Below, in pieces: positions 13,201-26,358 of a DNA stretch of 64,000 nucleotides. The notes beneath the pieces are model-generated. The model saw only the letters and a list, made by a program, of their open reading frames with translations. It made no database searches and was not told the origin of the DNA. How positions within the stretch are numbered: the stretch's first letter is position 1; every line of letters begins with the position of its first letter. The DNA is from Raillietiella orientalis (taxonomy: Eukaryota): positions 1,550,001 through 1,614,000 of the forward strand of contig JAYWIR010000026.1 of NCBI GenBank assembly GCA_036172245.1, given 5' to 3'. The translations under genes were made by a program, and so were the position numbers.

Positions 13201-16200
13201 CCCATTTCAAAACGCCGCCGGGCATGAGCGAGGGCGGAGTGGAAGGAGGTCGACCGGCGCGTTGCGCAACCGCAGCGAGCCACAGGCCCTCCCGGCCTTA
13301 TCTCGCGGCCGGCTGATACGGACGCGGAGGCAGCGCGCATCGGCGTCTTCTCCTCTGTGACCTCCCTGTCCCCCCCCCCCTTGTGCCTCCTTCGCGCCCT
13401 TCCTTGTATCCGGCACCGGCCTTGGGCCTTCCTCTTGACGGACGCCGGACGAACGGCTTTCCGCGATGGAAGTGCATTGTCCCTCGAGCGAAGATCCCAG
13501 AGCGGGACGGCGCCACTGCCTTCGTGCCGGCCCATCTCAGCTCCCTTGAAACCGGCCCTCTTGGTCCGCCTCCGCGCCGGTCCGCGGCGTTTGGAAGGCG
13601 ACCTCCATTCCCCATCGCACGCTTTCGGGAAGAGAGAAAAGTCCCGCTCCTCGTCTCCGCTGAGATCACAGCCGCAGACTCCATCCATCGCTGCCTGCGT
13701 CGGCGGCCTCGGGGTCACAGGTCCACGACGGGGGTTGTGGACTCCTGTGTAGGGTCGTCGCCGCGTTCGGGATGAGTCCCATGAACTTCAGCGATGACGC
13801 CGGGGATGACTCCGAAAGCTCCACGTGTGCGATGACGAGACGCCTGCTACCTGGACTAGCAGCCGGGAATCGGGAGTGGACTTTTCGGATCCTTCCCGAG
13901 AACAACGGAGCTGGTTCGTTCAGATAAAAAAAAAATCGCGATCGCGGCGAAGCAATGCGCAGCTTTCGGTTCTGCGTACGCATCTGCAAAGCTGCAGACG
14001 TGACCTGATCACGCCATCAGAAGGTCGGCTCTGCTACGGGACCAAGGGGGACAGTCCTCTCTCAGTCCAGGCAAACCTCTTCCAGAGGCTTTCCTCTACT
14101 CCTATCCCTTCCTGGACGGGCTGCACGATCTTGGGTGTCCCTCTGGGTGTTTCTTTCTTTCCAAAGAGCTTTTTGATAGGCTCCTCCTCTTCCTTCCAAT
14201 TTCCTCATGGAAACGAACGGGTATTTGTGATTGCATCTTCTCTCCGGAGAATTTTGCTTCACCCTCAGAGAAGCTGGCGAACGGAAAGACCTGCACCAGC
14301 CTCCTCATCTCCCGTGCATTCCAGGCATGATTATCTGGGTCCCCATTGAGTTCATCATACCGACGTTTGGTTGGCTCAGCAGAGGAAGGGCAGGTCGCTT
14401 CTGGAGGGCCGAAGAGGAAGAAGAAGAGGAGCTGCCGGCTTACGAGGACGCTTCGTACTCGAAGGAGCTGCAGAGGATCGACGTGTACTTCGGCAAGCTG
14501 AACGTAAGGATTTCGCGTTCCCTCTTTCCGTGGCGCAAGAGGGCCTTGTGATCTGGTCGCCGGAGCAGCACCCGTTCCGTCTCCCGAGGGAACAAGAGAT
14601 TCGCCGAGAAACGCGCGATCTTTCCCCTAAAGAGAGGTGCGGGAGTTTTGCCATCCATGCAGAGTGGCTAGAGCCGTGGACCTCCTCCCTCGCCTTGTGG
14701 TACGCCGATCGGAGTGCTCCTTTTGATGCGGACTGGTTGATAGGCGGCAAGGCTATCAACCCTTGGGTCACTCCTTTCTGGAGCGCTTCCCAGGGATGAA
14801 CTTCCTTCAGCCGCCGTGCGTGCGACATGAGCGTCCTTGAGCGTCCTTGAGCATCCTTGTGCGGATGACGCACACGCAGCACGCTCTCTATCCACGGCTG
14901 GCTCCAGTCGCTCGGACTGGATCTCTCCAGGGGGGAGTCGTAGTGGCTTTCGGAGGGAGCTCTCGACCACCCCAGCATCGCGGATGGCGCAGCCGTTGCT
15001 GCTTTCCCATTCGCTGGTCACAAACTCGGCGAATTATCCTGGAAGCTTCTTCAGCAACCCAGTGCGCACTCACGAGATCAACTTGAGATGTTGGGATTTG
15101 GTCCACTTGAACACAAAAAGAGACGAGACGCCGTGCGTCTTTGGCTTCCGAAGGAAAGGATGCTGAGCTGCCCATCTGTCAATCCGAACGGGGAGAGGTC
15201 GACTGCCTCGCACTGAAAAGTTTCCCATTCACTGCATTAGGATCGCCTGCTCCCACACCTTTTCCGGAATTTCTGATCTTCCCCACGCCACAAGGGAATC
15301 TCCGCAGGGTGGGGACAACACTGTACTTCGCTCGTTGTCTCTCCTTGGGCTCGCCTACGAGAAAGAGCCTGGGCTCTTGCATAGAAAACTCCCGTTTCGT
15401 CGCGAAGGAACGCGACCACAAAGGAATCAATGGAAGACGGGAATCTGACTCCAGGGGCCGCAGCGGCGGCTGTGCTTCCAGTTTCCTTTTTCCCCAGCGC
15501 AGTTTGCTCCGAGATGGCTTCCCGGGGCTTAAAGAGGTCGACGATGGCGAGGGAGACATCGCACCACCTGTTGCTTTCCATGCTCTCTTCCCCGAGGAAG
15601 AGATTTCCGCATACGCAGCAGAACAGAACGTCTTTTTCGCTGTTGCAGGTGAACGGGGACAGCTGCAGGAGGAAGCTGCTGTGCGAGTTCGCGGCGAGCA
15701 GCTCGGAGTACCATCCCATCAGCACGATTTTCCTGAAGGAAATGAGGTAGAGAAGGGATTTGTCCCAACCTCCGATCGCAAGCCAATCACCCCCCACCCC
15801 CTTCTCCATGGCGAGGCCAGACCTTATCTTCACTCCCCTTGCGTACTCTTTCCGGCTTCCTCCCCTTTCTCAGGCGCCGTTCGGGTCTCTCTCGGGAGCC
15901 GCGTAGCACGGGCCGCTGTCCTTCCTCCTCCCAAATCCAAAGGCTCTCCTTCACTTGGGAGATGGAGCCTTCAGACGACGGTCCGATCTTTCAGGAGACG
16001 AGGAACTTCTGGAAACGCTCTTCGACAGCCTCCAGCGTTCCCATGGAGCGTCTCTTCGGCTACAAAGCACAGTAGGGAGCTTCTCCAAGGGGTATTCGGG
16101 AGGCAAAATATTAGCTGGACACATGCTGTTCTCACCCCCTTGACCGCGAAGGACCATAGCTGGTAGCAGGGAGGTCAAGATGGTTGCTCTCGGAAGCCAT

Positions 16201-16968
16201 CTTTTCTGAAGTCTTCCTTTCGAGAAGACTGGATAAGTCCAATCCTGGATGAAGGTTTCGACCTCTTCTGACTTCCTTGCCGAGTCCTCAGAACCGTTCT
16301 GCTGCTGCTGTTTCTGTCCCCTTCCCCCTAAGTGCCTCTAGGAGCAGAGGCAGCGGCAGCAGATCCTAACGTTCAGTGTCCCTTTCCGAAAGGAACCGTC
16401 GTGGGCTGTAGATGGCGTCCCGAAGAGCAAAGCACCTCGCAGATGCTCTGAGTTCTAACAGGATGTGAGATGAATCTTCTTCGGTGACCTTCCTCCGCTG
16501 CGCACCTTTTTCTATCCCGCCTCTCCCTTGTTTTCCTTTCGGGTTCTGCGTTCTCCTCTGACGACGAGAGGGCTCCTCCAACCCTCTCACCCCTTGCACC
16601 CCCTCGCTTCCGACGGAACCCCACTCGGGTCATACGAAGAGAGGAATGAGAGCTGCTTGCTGGAAGGCCTACGCCGCACCCCGTGGCAGGGGAAAGGGGG
16701 AAAGGAGGGAGAGAGAGTTCCTGTAAGCGAGTCGATACCGCAGTGGGTTTTTGTGGTTTCCAGGACCCGAAATGACCCACAGGAAGGGAACATGACCAGC
16801 AGATTCTTCCGATACTCAGAAGCCTCACGTTCTGGGATGACCCTGGGAAGTTCATCGTGCGAGAGGGACTATCCCAGGTGCCGGCTGACCGCCGCCTTAA
16901 TTAAGAAGTCCTCAAGGTTCCAGATCTGGAGGCTGCTCTGCATGGTTCTGGGAATGCATCCCAAGTAG
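10138..16968 (+). CDS. Secreted DM4/DM12-like (Pfam PF07841-like) protein, 218 aa; join(10138..10221,12298..12388,14325..14503,15649..15746,16764..16968)
   Basis: Five exons with compatible phases (0,1,0,2) sum to 657 nt = 218 aa + TAG. N-terminal signal-peptide-like segment MERSVLFAGSVFCLLLTHSAG. C-terminal half has the four-Cys pattern: ELQRIDVYFGKLN-VNGDSCRRKLLCEFA..EYHPIS..RYSEASRSG..SCERDYPRC. All acceptors are pyrimidine tract + CAG. Exons 3-5 are better supported than the linkage of exons 1-2. Confidence 0.8.
12298..12388 (+). CDS. Coding exon 2 of the DM4/DM12-like gene
   Basis: Branch-like CTGAC at 12266-12270, CTTCCGTCTTTGCAG acceptor, encodes GRSEAPPSSSNSSARQDIFSRFDEIGAIRL. Ends in phase 1 at the non-canonical donor AA|GCAAGT. 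Confidence 0.6.
14325..14503 (+). CDS. Coding exon 3 of the DM4/DM12-like gene
   Basis: CATTCCAG acceptor, encodes MIIWVPIEFIIPTFGW..ELQRIDVYFGKLN, donor AAC|GTAAGG (phase 0). Confidence 0.85.
14828..14857. repeat. Three tandem copies of a 10-bp unit TGAGCGTCCT
   Basis: TGAGCGTCCT TGAGCGTCCT TGAGCATCCT, in intron 3 of the DM4/DM12-like gene. Confidence 0.85.
15649..15746 (+). CDS. Coding exon 4 of the DM4/DM12-like gene
   Basis: TCTTTTTCGCTGTTGCAG acceptor, encodes VNGDSCRRKLLCEFAASSSEYHPISTIFLKEM, donor AG|GTAGAG (phase 2). Confidence 0.85.
16764..16968 (+). CDS. Terminal coding exon 5 of the DM4/DM12-like gene
   Basis: TTTTTGTGGTTTCCAG acceptor matches phase 2. Encodes TRNDPQEGNMTSRFFRYSEASRSG..CERDYPRC..FQIWRLLCMVLGMHPK then TAG. 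Confidence 0.85.
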
Positions 16969-17209
16969 ATCGGGAGAATAAAGGACTCCTGCGAGTGTCG
17001 TTCCTGCTCCTAATTCTCCAAGGAAGGGAAGAGGGGAAAGGAAATTGAGGTTTCAAGGAAGTCAGATGTCCGGAGGAGGCCTTCTCCAGGACCGGAGCTC
17101 GTGACTCCCGCCCACTGACCTTCTTGCGTTCGGAAAAAAAATCCCCTCCCCCCTTCTTCTTTCTGTCGTAAGGTCGGAGGTGCGTGGTAAATCTAAGGGC
17201 GTTGAAGAG

Positions 17210-18100
17210 ACCGCGTCTTCATCCAGGAGCAGAGGTGACAGGAACCCTCACGGCTCCTCGCCAGCAGAGCGACCGGCTGCGAAGGATTGTCCTCGATCCT
17301 CGTGGCATAACAGCGCAGTCTCAACAACTGTGGCCGTGACCTGAGCCAGATGGTCGCTCTGATGAGGGAGAATACCTGGATCTCCTGCCTCCCCGAGAAC
17401 TGCACTGCCTGGCTTCAGGAATCAGTTTCTGCGTGGGCCAAGATCAATGGCTCGAGCGAGGCCGAGTACAACTGTCTCTGTCGAGGATTCAACGCTCGGC
17501 GGCCCCTGCAGGAGATAATCAACAACCCGCGAAATTTTCTGTGGGCTTCTTTGACCCTCCTTGCCTCCGTGCTGTCCTCCCTCAAGAACATTAGGAACAG
17601 CAACGAACGAGCATTGTGAGAAGTGTCCTGCCTCATCCGAGGCAGGAGAAAACCGTTGAAGGCGTGGACGACTCGGGAGCTAGCTGACGCTGCGACCCTG
17701 AGCGTCCCGTCTAAGGGACTTGTACGCTGGGGAGAGCTCCTCGGCATACCTCCGAAGGAGGTGAAGTGGCCCCCAGCGTGTTGGGATAGTCTCACCATGT
17801 CTCTGGAATGGCAGGAGACGGCGCTGCTGGTGTTCTATGGGAGACTCCTTTGCAAAGCACGCCTTTCCCATTGGAAAGCGGGTCCCACCAACTTTCATCC
17901 TTCTGAAAGCTCTCGGTGGCCTCAGGCTGTCTTCGGCCCTTGCTTGACTCTCAGAAAGGCGCTCTCGCATCCAGAAACTGAGTTTCTGGGAGATGTCGTT
18001 TGCTGTCCTCCATGTCTCGAAGGAAGAACCCCGCTCCGTTTGCTCTCCACACTCGCAGAGGCAGCAGATGCCTGGCTGGATCAGGAAAATGATGGATTCG
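17210..18100 (+). mobile_element. Decayed non-LTR retrotransposon (L1/Tx1-like) ORF2 C-terminal fragment
   Basis: ORFs 17350-17619 and 17623-18231 are in one frame separated by a single TGA. VKWPPACWDSL..LLVFYGRLLCKARLSHW..QAVFGPC resembles the zf-RVT region (W..W..GRL..RL..W..CP.C..H.F..C) with degenerate ligands. Confidence 0.4.
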
Positions 18101-21100
18101 GGAAAAAGAGGAGCGCAAGAGGACTGAAAAGAAGAAGAATTTCCTCCTTTCTTATCCTGGGGAGCTCCCCAGACCTCCGGATTGCCTCGCTTTTCCGAGA
18201 GCCCGAGGTCCTTCTCGTCCTTGGCTCCTGATAGAAAGGTAGAGCGGGTGCCTACGTTCCCGTCCCCTCATGTAAAGGGACCCGGGATGACAGAGTTCCT
18301 GGTGCCTCTGCCACAACCCTGTGACGTTCGCATCTCAGCGGAGGACAGCCCAAGACTGCCCTGCCGGCGCGAGTGAAGAGGGAAAACGGGAAGGAGTCCC
18401 TTGGCACACTTTTCCTTCGCCCACTCCCGCTCCCTGCCGTCGTACCTGGGCAGTAGGAAGCATCGTCTTTCTCCTCCGCACTCTGAGGATAGGGAATGTA
18501 GTCTCGAGAAACCTGGGTCTTTGCCAAAACCCCCAGAGATCTGGGAAGACGGAGGAGAGGAGACAGGATGAGATCAAGGGCGTAAGAGACAGTGGCGTGG
18601 CAACCCTGCTGGAGGCACTGCGATGGAATGGCTCTGTTCCTCTTTTGCATTACTCCAGGTCGGGCCGATCTGCGCTCCTAGAAGGGACCTCTCTCCCCCT
18701 CCTCGAGGCAAACCCGCGGAGGGAGAGGCATGCAGCTTCCTGATAGCAGAGAAGGGCGGTGCGGAGAACGTACCGAGAGATTCTGGATGGCGCCTTGGGC
18801 TCTTGTAGCAGGAGGGAAGGGACTCCCTTCTGCGCGAAGCTGTGTCCTCGGTCCTATTGTCCTCCGCCCACACGCTCAAAAAAATCTCATCCCAGACACC
18901 CTGCTTTCTTCTGGATCCAAAGTCTGGACTGTCAGTCGCTTCCCTCACGTGCGCAACTTTCCGATCCCTTCGTCATCAAAATCGGCAGATCCTCGCGCAA
19001 GTGGCCGACAAGGGTCCACGAACAGATTCCCATTTAACGCGGGGGCCTGTTCCCAGAGATCGAAAGGAAAACTACGTTTTCTTGCCCTTGAGGTCTGAGC
19101 CTCCAGCTCAGAAGGATCCGGGTCTCCACAGACGCGGAAGGAACTCTGCGTCCCTCCGTCTGCATTCAGATGAGACCGCTGCAAGACCTCAATCGGTTAC
19201 TACGGCTAACTTCCTGCTTGTAGCTGGCAGGGTGGGTGCTATTTCCTCCTCTGTGGATCGTCCGATTCGGGCTTTTCCTTTTGAATCCACCAGCCTCCTT
19301 TACACAATGGCTTTGCCTCTTTCCTGAAAGCGTGCGGATCCACCATCTGATGCAACGCCGATGACTCCACCCGTAGGTGGTCCAGCGTCGGTCTTCCGGT
19401 CATCAAAAACCCAGATGAAGTGCGACGACCCGGAAAGGCCTTCTATGGACACACGCATCTGATCCACGGGAAGGAGCCCGGAAGGATCCCGGTCGCTCCC
19501 GCCTCCGCTCCCGGTCCAAGCCGCTCGATGACGACGCTCGTCGTGGAGGCGCGCGCTGATCTCCGCTCCAGGGGGAGGATGGAGCGAAAGCGTCATCCTC
19601 ATTCCCCGAGCCACGCGCTCTCTAGACGCATCGCAGGTGTCGAGAGCCGGCTCGTCAACCCCGGAAGCGAGGGCTGGGTCCCCTGGGACTCCTCACCTCC
19701 TTCGGCGATTCCCACCCGGCAAAGCGCGGGCCCACCCATCGCGAGGCAGAGGAGGAAGAGCGCTCAGAGGCATCCCATTTGCGCAAGCCGATCGGCTCCG
19801 ACGTTTCGCCATTCCGAGGTCGCCGAGGTGCTGGCGCGCCTCCTCGACACTCCCCGCAGATCCTCGCGCGGCCCTTTGAATTCCCTCCTGCCGGAGGCGG
19901 GCTCCCGGAAGCTCAGTCAAACCTTCTCCGTGGAGAACGCCTTGCTCTTGCCCTTCCAGAGGACGGGGGGACTTCTTGGAGACCCTGGCTTCGGTAGCGG
20001 CCCTGCTGATGGATATCTCGTGGGGTGGATCGCATGGTCTTCTTCTTCCCACGCGCACGGGGAAGGGTGAGGGGAGAGAAGGCATTTTATCCCCCTTCCG
20101 ACGAGAGAGGTAGGGAAACGAAGAAGCAGCAGCCCGAAGAGCCTGTGGAGCCGTGGCGAATGCCTCCGGAAGGAGCATCTCATTTGCTCGAAGGGCGTCC
20201 TCAGCGTGCGGGGGTTCCCGGGCAACGGCAGCAGAGGGGATGCGCGTGATTCTCTCTGCCGGCTGAGGCGGAAGTGGCCAAGCAAAGCTCTCTCTCCGGA
20301 TCGTGGCGCATCGCGAAACGCATCCTGTGAAGCTGAACCTCCGGCTCCGTTCAAGAACGCGGGGGAAGCCCTGCGGCAAGGGCGTTTGGAAAAGAGCCAG
20401 GTGGAGGTTCGCTGCCGAGATGCCCGCTCCGGCGGTCTAACCCACGGGAAGGCGTCGCCTCTGCCGAGGATTCCGTCTCGGGAACGAGTTTCCGGGAGCC
20501 AAGGAGCTCGAAGTTTTCCGACGCTCGCGAAGCTTCACCTCTCTCCTTCCGCCACCCGGAAGGAACGCGTGATCGACATGATCGGCGAGGATCGGGGGGA
20601 TATCTCACAGTGGCTCGTGGTGGTTCTTAAGGACCACCACGAGCGAGGAATGAAGGAAGTTCATCTCCCGCTCTGCTGCAGAAGCAGCAGCAGCAGCAAC
20701 CACGAAGCTCGATCGACCTGAGAGTTCATCCTTCTCTGTCCGCCACACTTCTTTAGCTCCGATCCAGAAGGCAAACTGGCCTTTCCGGCGCTCTCCTTGC
20801 TGCTGCTAGCGGTGGGCGAGGAAGGAGGGAAGGGGAGGAAAGGACCACGGATACCACGGACTCCCCTGGATGTCGCCATATGCCGTGACCGAACCTCCTC
20901 TGGGAGGATTCCAGTGAACATTGATCTCCCTGGGTCTCTCGGCTGGATGCTTCTCCCCGAGAGACATCAGGAAGTCTGTCGGGAGTCTCTCCGCGCCTGC
21001 CTCGCTCAAAGCTCGTCGATTCCTGGCGCCTTCTGCTCCCCCCTTCCTTCTCCTTCCTTGGCTGGAAGTTCCTTGGGCTTGTGACCTGAAGAGCAGTCTT

Positions 21101-24100
21101 CTCTTTTAGGACCAGGAGCGGAAGAGGCGCGCGCTAATCGAGAGAGAGAGAGAGGAGGAGAGCGCTGTCTCGCACTCCTCTTGCCTAGGGAAACCTCGAT
21201 GCCCTCTCCATCATCAAGATGAAAAGGAGAGGACCACCCCATCTCTCCCTTTCTTCTCCCAGGAAAGGGAAGAGGCACGCGCAGTTTCCCCCCGAGTTTT
21301 CCCCTGGGCAATGGGATTAAGAAGAGAGAAAGGGAGAGGTATATTGAGCGGCCGTTGCTTGGGGCACCGAGATTGCCACGTAGATCGGAAATGCATGGCG
21401 CTCGCTAACGTACGCTTACAGGTCCGCCGACTTCCTTTACGTTCCCCTAGGGACTCCGTCAGGGGAGTGAGATGGACTGGGATGAGGCAGCAAAAATGCC
21501 CTCCGGGTCTCGAAAAACATCCTACGAACGTCTTCCTCTGCTCCTTTGCAGCCAGAGAGGTTTCCAGGCAACAGAAGAGTCTTTGGGCTGGGAAGAGTTC
21601 CTATTTGGAACCCTCGAGCGCTGCTGAGACGCATGCGGAGGTGAGCTTTACAGCTACCCTCTTCCGGCAAAGACGCATTGCTCTCGAGAAAGGGTAGCTC
21701 GTCTCCAAATTCCGGTCCTCCGGACCACATCGGTCTTGCTGGAACGAACCTCGCCGCGCGGAGTTCCATGTGGTCCACGTAGGAAACAGTCTGGACGAGA
21801 GCAGCAGAAAGGGAAGGGGGGAGATCATCCACGAGCAAGGGTCCTCGGGAGAGCCCTGGAAGACCAGCGGAAACTCCTTGAGGACTCGCGAGAGAACAAA
21901 GATGGACTCCAGAGGTCACACGCGTCACAGCTAGGGAGCTCAGCTACGGACAACGAACGCCGCTGGGGCGGCACGTGGTATTTGCAGGACCTGGAGTCAA
22001 GGGAACGACCAACGGTCCTTCGAGATCGAACGGCACATTTCCGTGTCACCGAAGCAACGCAGGGTGCGCGCGCTTCAAGGAAGACGGCGTCATCATAGCA
22101 GTCCCGACGGCCTTCAGGTAAACAAATCGCCGGCGGCTCGGTTTCCATGGAAAGGCGGAGGGCGAGGAAGGGTTAGAGAGGTGGGAGAAGGGGAAGGAAC
22201 AGGAAGAGGGAGAGGGAAAGGAAAAGTGAGGAAAACCTACAGGAGGACAGGAGGCGCGCATGTGCACCCTCCTGTCCCTAATCTCCAGTAATTACCGTAA
22301 AGACGGTGGTTCCCGAGGGATAAGTCGGAGCGGGAGAGATATAGTAACTCAGTCGGCCAACCGCCGGCTCGGCTCGCTCCCCCCTCCTCCCCCCCTGCCG
22401 ACAGAGAAAGAAAAACCCAAAAAGAAAAAAGGTGGGTGCAGCAGGCGAGCTCAGCTCGCCGTTTTTTCCAGGTGGGCAGCCCGCTGCGATTCTTCTCTTC
22501 CTTCTCCTCCCCCTCCTCCTGCCCTTCCGCATCTTCGCGCCGTCGGTGCGGGCGTTTGCTTCACCCCCCTTCGGAGCAGCCGGAACAAAAAAGAGGGAGT
22601 AGAGAGTCGTGGACGCGGCTAGACTGCTGGGGTCATTCTCAAGTCATTCCCGGACTGGCCGGAGGGTCTTCTCGAAGAATTCGTTGACCTTCCGGAAGGG
22701 AAGAGGTCATCAGCTCTTCTCCCGAGTGATCAAGACTGGGTAGCAGGACCAGCTGGATCTCATCCTGCAGGGCCCTTGTGGAGAGCACGCGGAGGGCCTC
22801 GTCCCTTCCCTCATCCCCCTAACCTTTGGGGAGAGAGGGTGTATGCAGTCAGGGGGACGGTCTCCCCTTCTAGTGCGTCCACCTCGACAATGGGCTCTGC
22901 TAAGGCCAGCAAAAGCTGAGCACGGGATGCTGCCAGCCAGCAACCAGCAGAAGACCCGCTCTGTCTTTTTCGATCCTCACAAGGTCTCAGGTGATGTCCG
23001 CTCGTCCTCCGCAGAGGAGGAGCGGAGAGGATGGAGGGACTTGTAAATCACACCCACAACATCCATCCTCCTCGTGTGGCGGCTCATCCTCCTTCTGCGC
23101 CATCGCGCACGGTCAACATTCCCTTGTTCCTATCCAAAAAGAAAGATCTCCTCTCTCCAGCCCGCTCGAAGAAGCTGCCGCTGCGCATCCCCGGAGAAGG
23201 CTCCACCCGAAACTCTGGCGGAGGAGACTTCTCCGGGATTCTCTTCCAAGAGAGTTTCTTGCACTGCCCTTCCTTCAGTAGACCGGGGAACGTGGACAGG
23301 AAGAAGAGGACGACCGCCTCCAGATGGAGGTTCGTTCGTGTTCCAGCGACGCAGCGGCTGGTGTCCCTAGTCCCGACGACCCAGTCCGGCAACTCTTTCC
23401 AGGGAGAGAGGGTCGCACTCGCGTGGTGCCCCGCCCTGCGTTCGTCCTGCGACCCCAACTGCGGCCAGCTCCGGGTCGCTGCTCTTTGCGCTTCCCAGCT
23501 AGCTCCGCCGCCGCCGCCACCTTCGCGCCCTCTACACCGGCAGCAGCAGTGGCTCCTCGGAGGGCGGGCCACTGCTGCTCACCCCAACGGAGAGAAAAGA
23601 GAGACGCTGGTCTGAGAACCCTGACTCTGAGGCAACCGGGGACGCCTCTCCCCCTCTCCTGCCCTGGGAGCGATGGGGAAAAGAATGGATCCTGCTGCCG
23701 GGATGAGCCCTTTCCTCCGCTTCCTGGATCCGAAGCGCTCGCCTCCTTCCCGCAAAGGGAGCGGGGGGGAGAGAAGGGCAAGGAAGGAGGGCGAGCTGCT
23801 GTGGCAGTGAAGGAAAGAAAAGGTGGGCGAGGGAGTGAAGGAGAAGAGGGACGAGAAGGCTCGTCGCGGACCCGCTTCACCCTTCCTCGGGATCGAGCCG
23901 GCAGCCGGAGAGAAGGGACCGAGGGGATTGGAAAGTGACCCGCTGTGTTTCCGGAGCTGCCTCCTGCCGAGAGCACATCGGCAGGAATGAATGAAAGGAA
24001 GAACTCCTATCCGTAAGAAGAGACCCCCATTTATTGCAAGCTCTTCATCTTCTTCCTTGGTAAGCCGGAGGACCGCTCCTCTTCCCACGCCCCTTCACAT

Positions 24101-24782
24101 CCAGGGACGGGGGAGTAAGGGAGAGGCCAGGAAGCTCCAGAGGACCTCACTGCCGCCGTCCTTCCATTTCGAGTCTTCGCTGGAAGGATGCTGGTAGTCA
24201 GGCTAGGGTAGTATAGGTCGTCCCGGGAGGTAACAGGCGACCGCCGTCGCTGGGAGGCAGCGGAGGCTGCAGGATCACCGGAGGCGGCTGGAAAAGAGGA
24301 AAAACTCGGAATGAACAACGGGACTTTTGCTTTTCTTCTCTCCCTTTGCCCTCCGGCCAGACTCTCCTCCCTTCTCTCTGAATGCTCCCCACTCTTCTTC
24401 CCCCGCATTCTTTCTGGAAACCTGGCGCCACAGCATCCGGCGGACGGAAGGAAGGAGGAAACGTAGTGCACAGGGGGACCGGGAAGGTCATCCGGGAAAC
24501 AGATCTCCCTTCCCTTCTTCCATTACCGCGAGGCTGCGCGCTGGGAAGGGTCTGGGATCAGAGTAGGAATATAAGGGCGAGGGGGAAGGAAAGGGACGGA
24601 GGGAGAAGGTAGTCCAGAGCGCGCGGGCAAGCGCGCCTGCGGAAGCGGCGAAGACGGCGGCGGGAAAGCGCCGCGGGCTGTCCCGAAGAGGCGGGTCGCC
24701 GCCGCCTCTCCAGCAACCGCAGAAACCGGACCTTGACATTGAACTTGGTGTCCTGGGACGCCCCAGTAGGCCATGACGGACA

Positions 24783-24806
24783 ACGACGACGACGACGACG
24801 ACGACG
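24783..24806. repeat. (ACG)8 microsatellite
   Basis: Eight perfect units. Confidence 0.9.
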
Positions 24807-24959
24807 CTTTGGCGGTGGGGCGGCGGCGGCGGCAGAGGTCCGTTCGAGGCGGAAGCGCACCCCGGCGAAGTCCGCGCTTCCCCTGGGACCCTGAGCACGC
24901 GCCCGCGTGCGCTTCCTCTTCCGCGGACGGCGGCGGTGGCAGAGGAGGAGGAGGAGTCG

Positions 24960-24960
<1 letters not shown>

Positions 24961-24993
<33 letters not shown>
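24961..24993. repeat. (CGG)11 microsatellite
   Basis: Eleven perfect units. Confidence 0.95.
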
Positions 24994-24996
<3 letters not shown>

Positions 24997-26079
24997 TTTG
25001 CGGGACGGTCGTTGCCCGCGCGGGTCAGCGACTGCTCTTGCTCCAGTACTCCACTTCGTGACCGCCGGACGCCGCCGGACGTCGCTGCAGCGGCATCACC
25101 GGCACCACCGCCACCAGCACCAGCAGCGGCGGCGGTGAAGGTCGACCGCGTGCGGAATTTCGTCCTCTCCTCCGCCTCGTGTCCTCCCCCGTCTCTTGCT
25201 CTTCGCGCCCCTCCCCCAAGCACCGTAGCGGAGCAAACCCTCCCGTCTCGGGAGAGCGGAGCTCCAAGAGGGAAAAGTGGGAGCCCGCGGTGTCCTCTGA
25301 CCGCGACCCGCGGGGCGCCCCGCTCGCGGGTGGAAGCGGGTGGGCAGGAAGAGCAGCCCGGGGTATCAGAAGGCCGGAAGGAGGGAAACGTCCGCGGGAG
25401 AAGCGCCGGCCCTACCGGAAAGTCTCCAGTGGGCCGAGAACCCCAAGGGAGGGTTCCCTGGGTGCACGTGTGCCCCCCTCTCGTCCTCTTCGCGCGCCCC
25501 GTCTCCCCATGCACGATACTCACCGGGTGACCAGCAGGATCCTCCTGCGCAGCTTCCTGGACGGGAAGCGGAAGGGCCGGCAGCGGCCTCTGGAGGCAGG
25601 CAGCGTTCTTCGGAGGGGGCGGAGGAAAGGGGGGTTCGTGGGAAAGGGTCCGGGGCTCCCGGAATGGTTCGGGGGAGGGCGCACACTCACGGAGCTCGTA
25701 GTTCCCGGCGGGACCGCCGTCTTGCGGGCGACGCTTCTCACAGGGCGTTTGCCGCCGCGGGCGCGTGCCGCGGCGTCCGCCGACTGCTCGAGAGGAGCCG
25801 CCGCGTGCGAGTCGTCGTCGACGGCCGGCGCGCCCCGCGGTGGTGCGCGAAGCGCTGTCCTGAGAGGTCCGGGCTGGCTCTCATACTGTGTGGTGGGTGG
25901 TGGGTGGGTGCTATGATGATTGCTATGATGGTGAGGAGGAGGAGGATTGTCTCTTTGTTTTTTGTCTTTGTTTCGTTCCCCGCCGTTGCTCCTGGGCACG
26001 CGGATTGGGCGGGGGCTGCTGGGGCGGCGCCGCGACGGTCTTGCGTCAGTACAGCCCGGTAGGGTCGAGCGCCATCGCT

Positions 26080-26131
26080 GCGGCGGCGGCGGCGGCGGCG
26101 AAGGAGGAGGAGGAGGAGGAGGAGGAGGAGG
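26080..26131. repeat. Compound microsatellite (GCG)7-A-(AGG)10
   Basis: Read directly. Confidence 0.9.
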
Positions 26132-26332
26132 GGGACTTCCGGCGTCTGCGGGGCGTGCGGAGGCTGCGGGGATGCGCTGCTGCTGGTCGGGAGGCTGCGT
26201 CGCGCGCGCGTGCATGCGAGGCGTCCCCGAGAGCGAGTGCCGCGGCCGCTCGCCGGCGCCGAACTTTTAGCCCACTGCCGACGGGCGTCAGCTGACTGAC
26301 CGACTCGCGCCGCCGCCGCGACGGCCGCCGCT

Positions 26333-26358
26333 CGCGCGCGCGCGCGCGCGCGCGCGCG
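26333..26358. repeat. (CG)13 dinucleotide repeat, Z-DNA-prone
   Basis: 26 nt of perfect alternating CG, followed by (AGCG) repeats. Confidence 0.95.

Noticed and set aside
21988..22117. Possible + strand exon (TTTGCAG ... CAG|GTAAAC) with an open frame, or a retroelement C-terminal fragment
   Set aside because: No partner exons and no recognisable motif; the two readings conflict.
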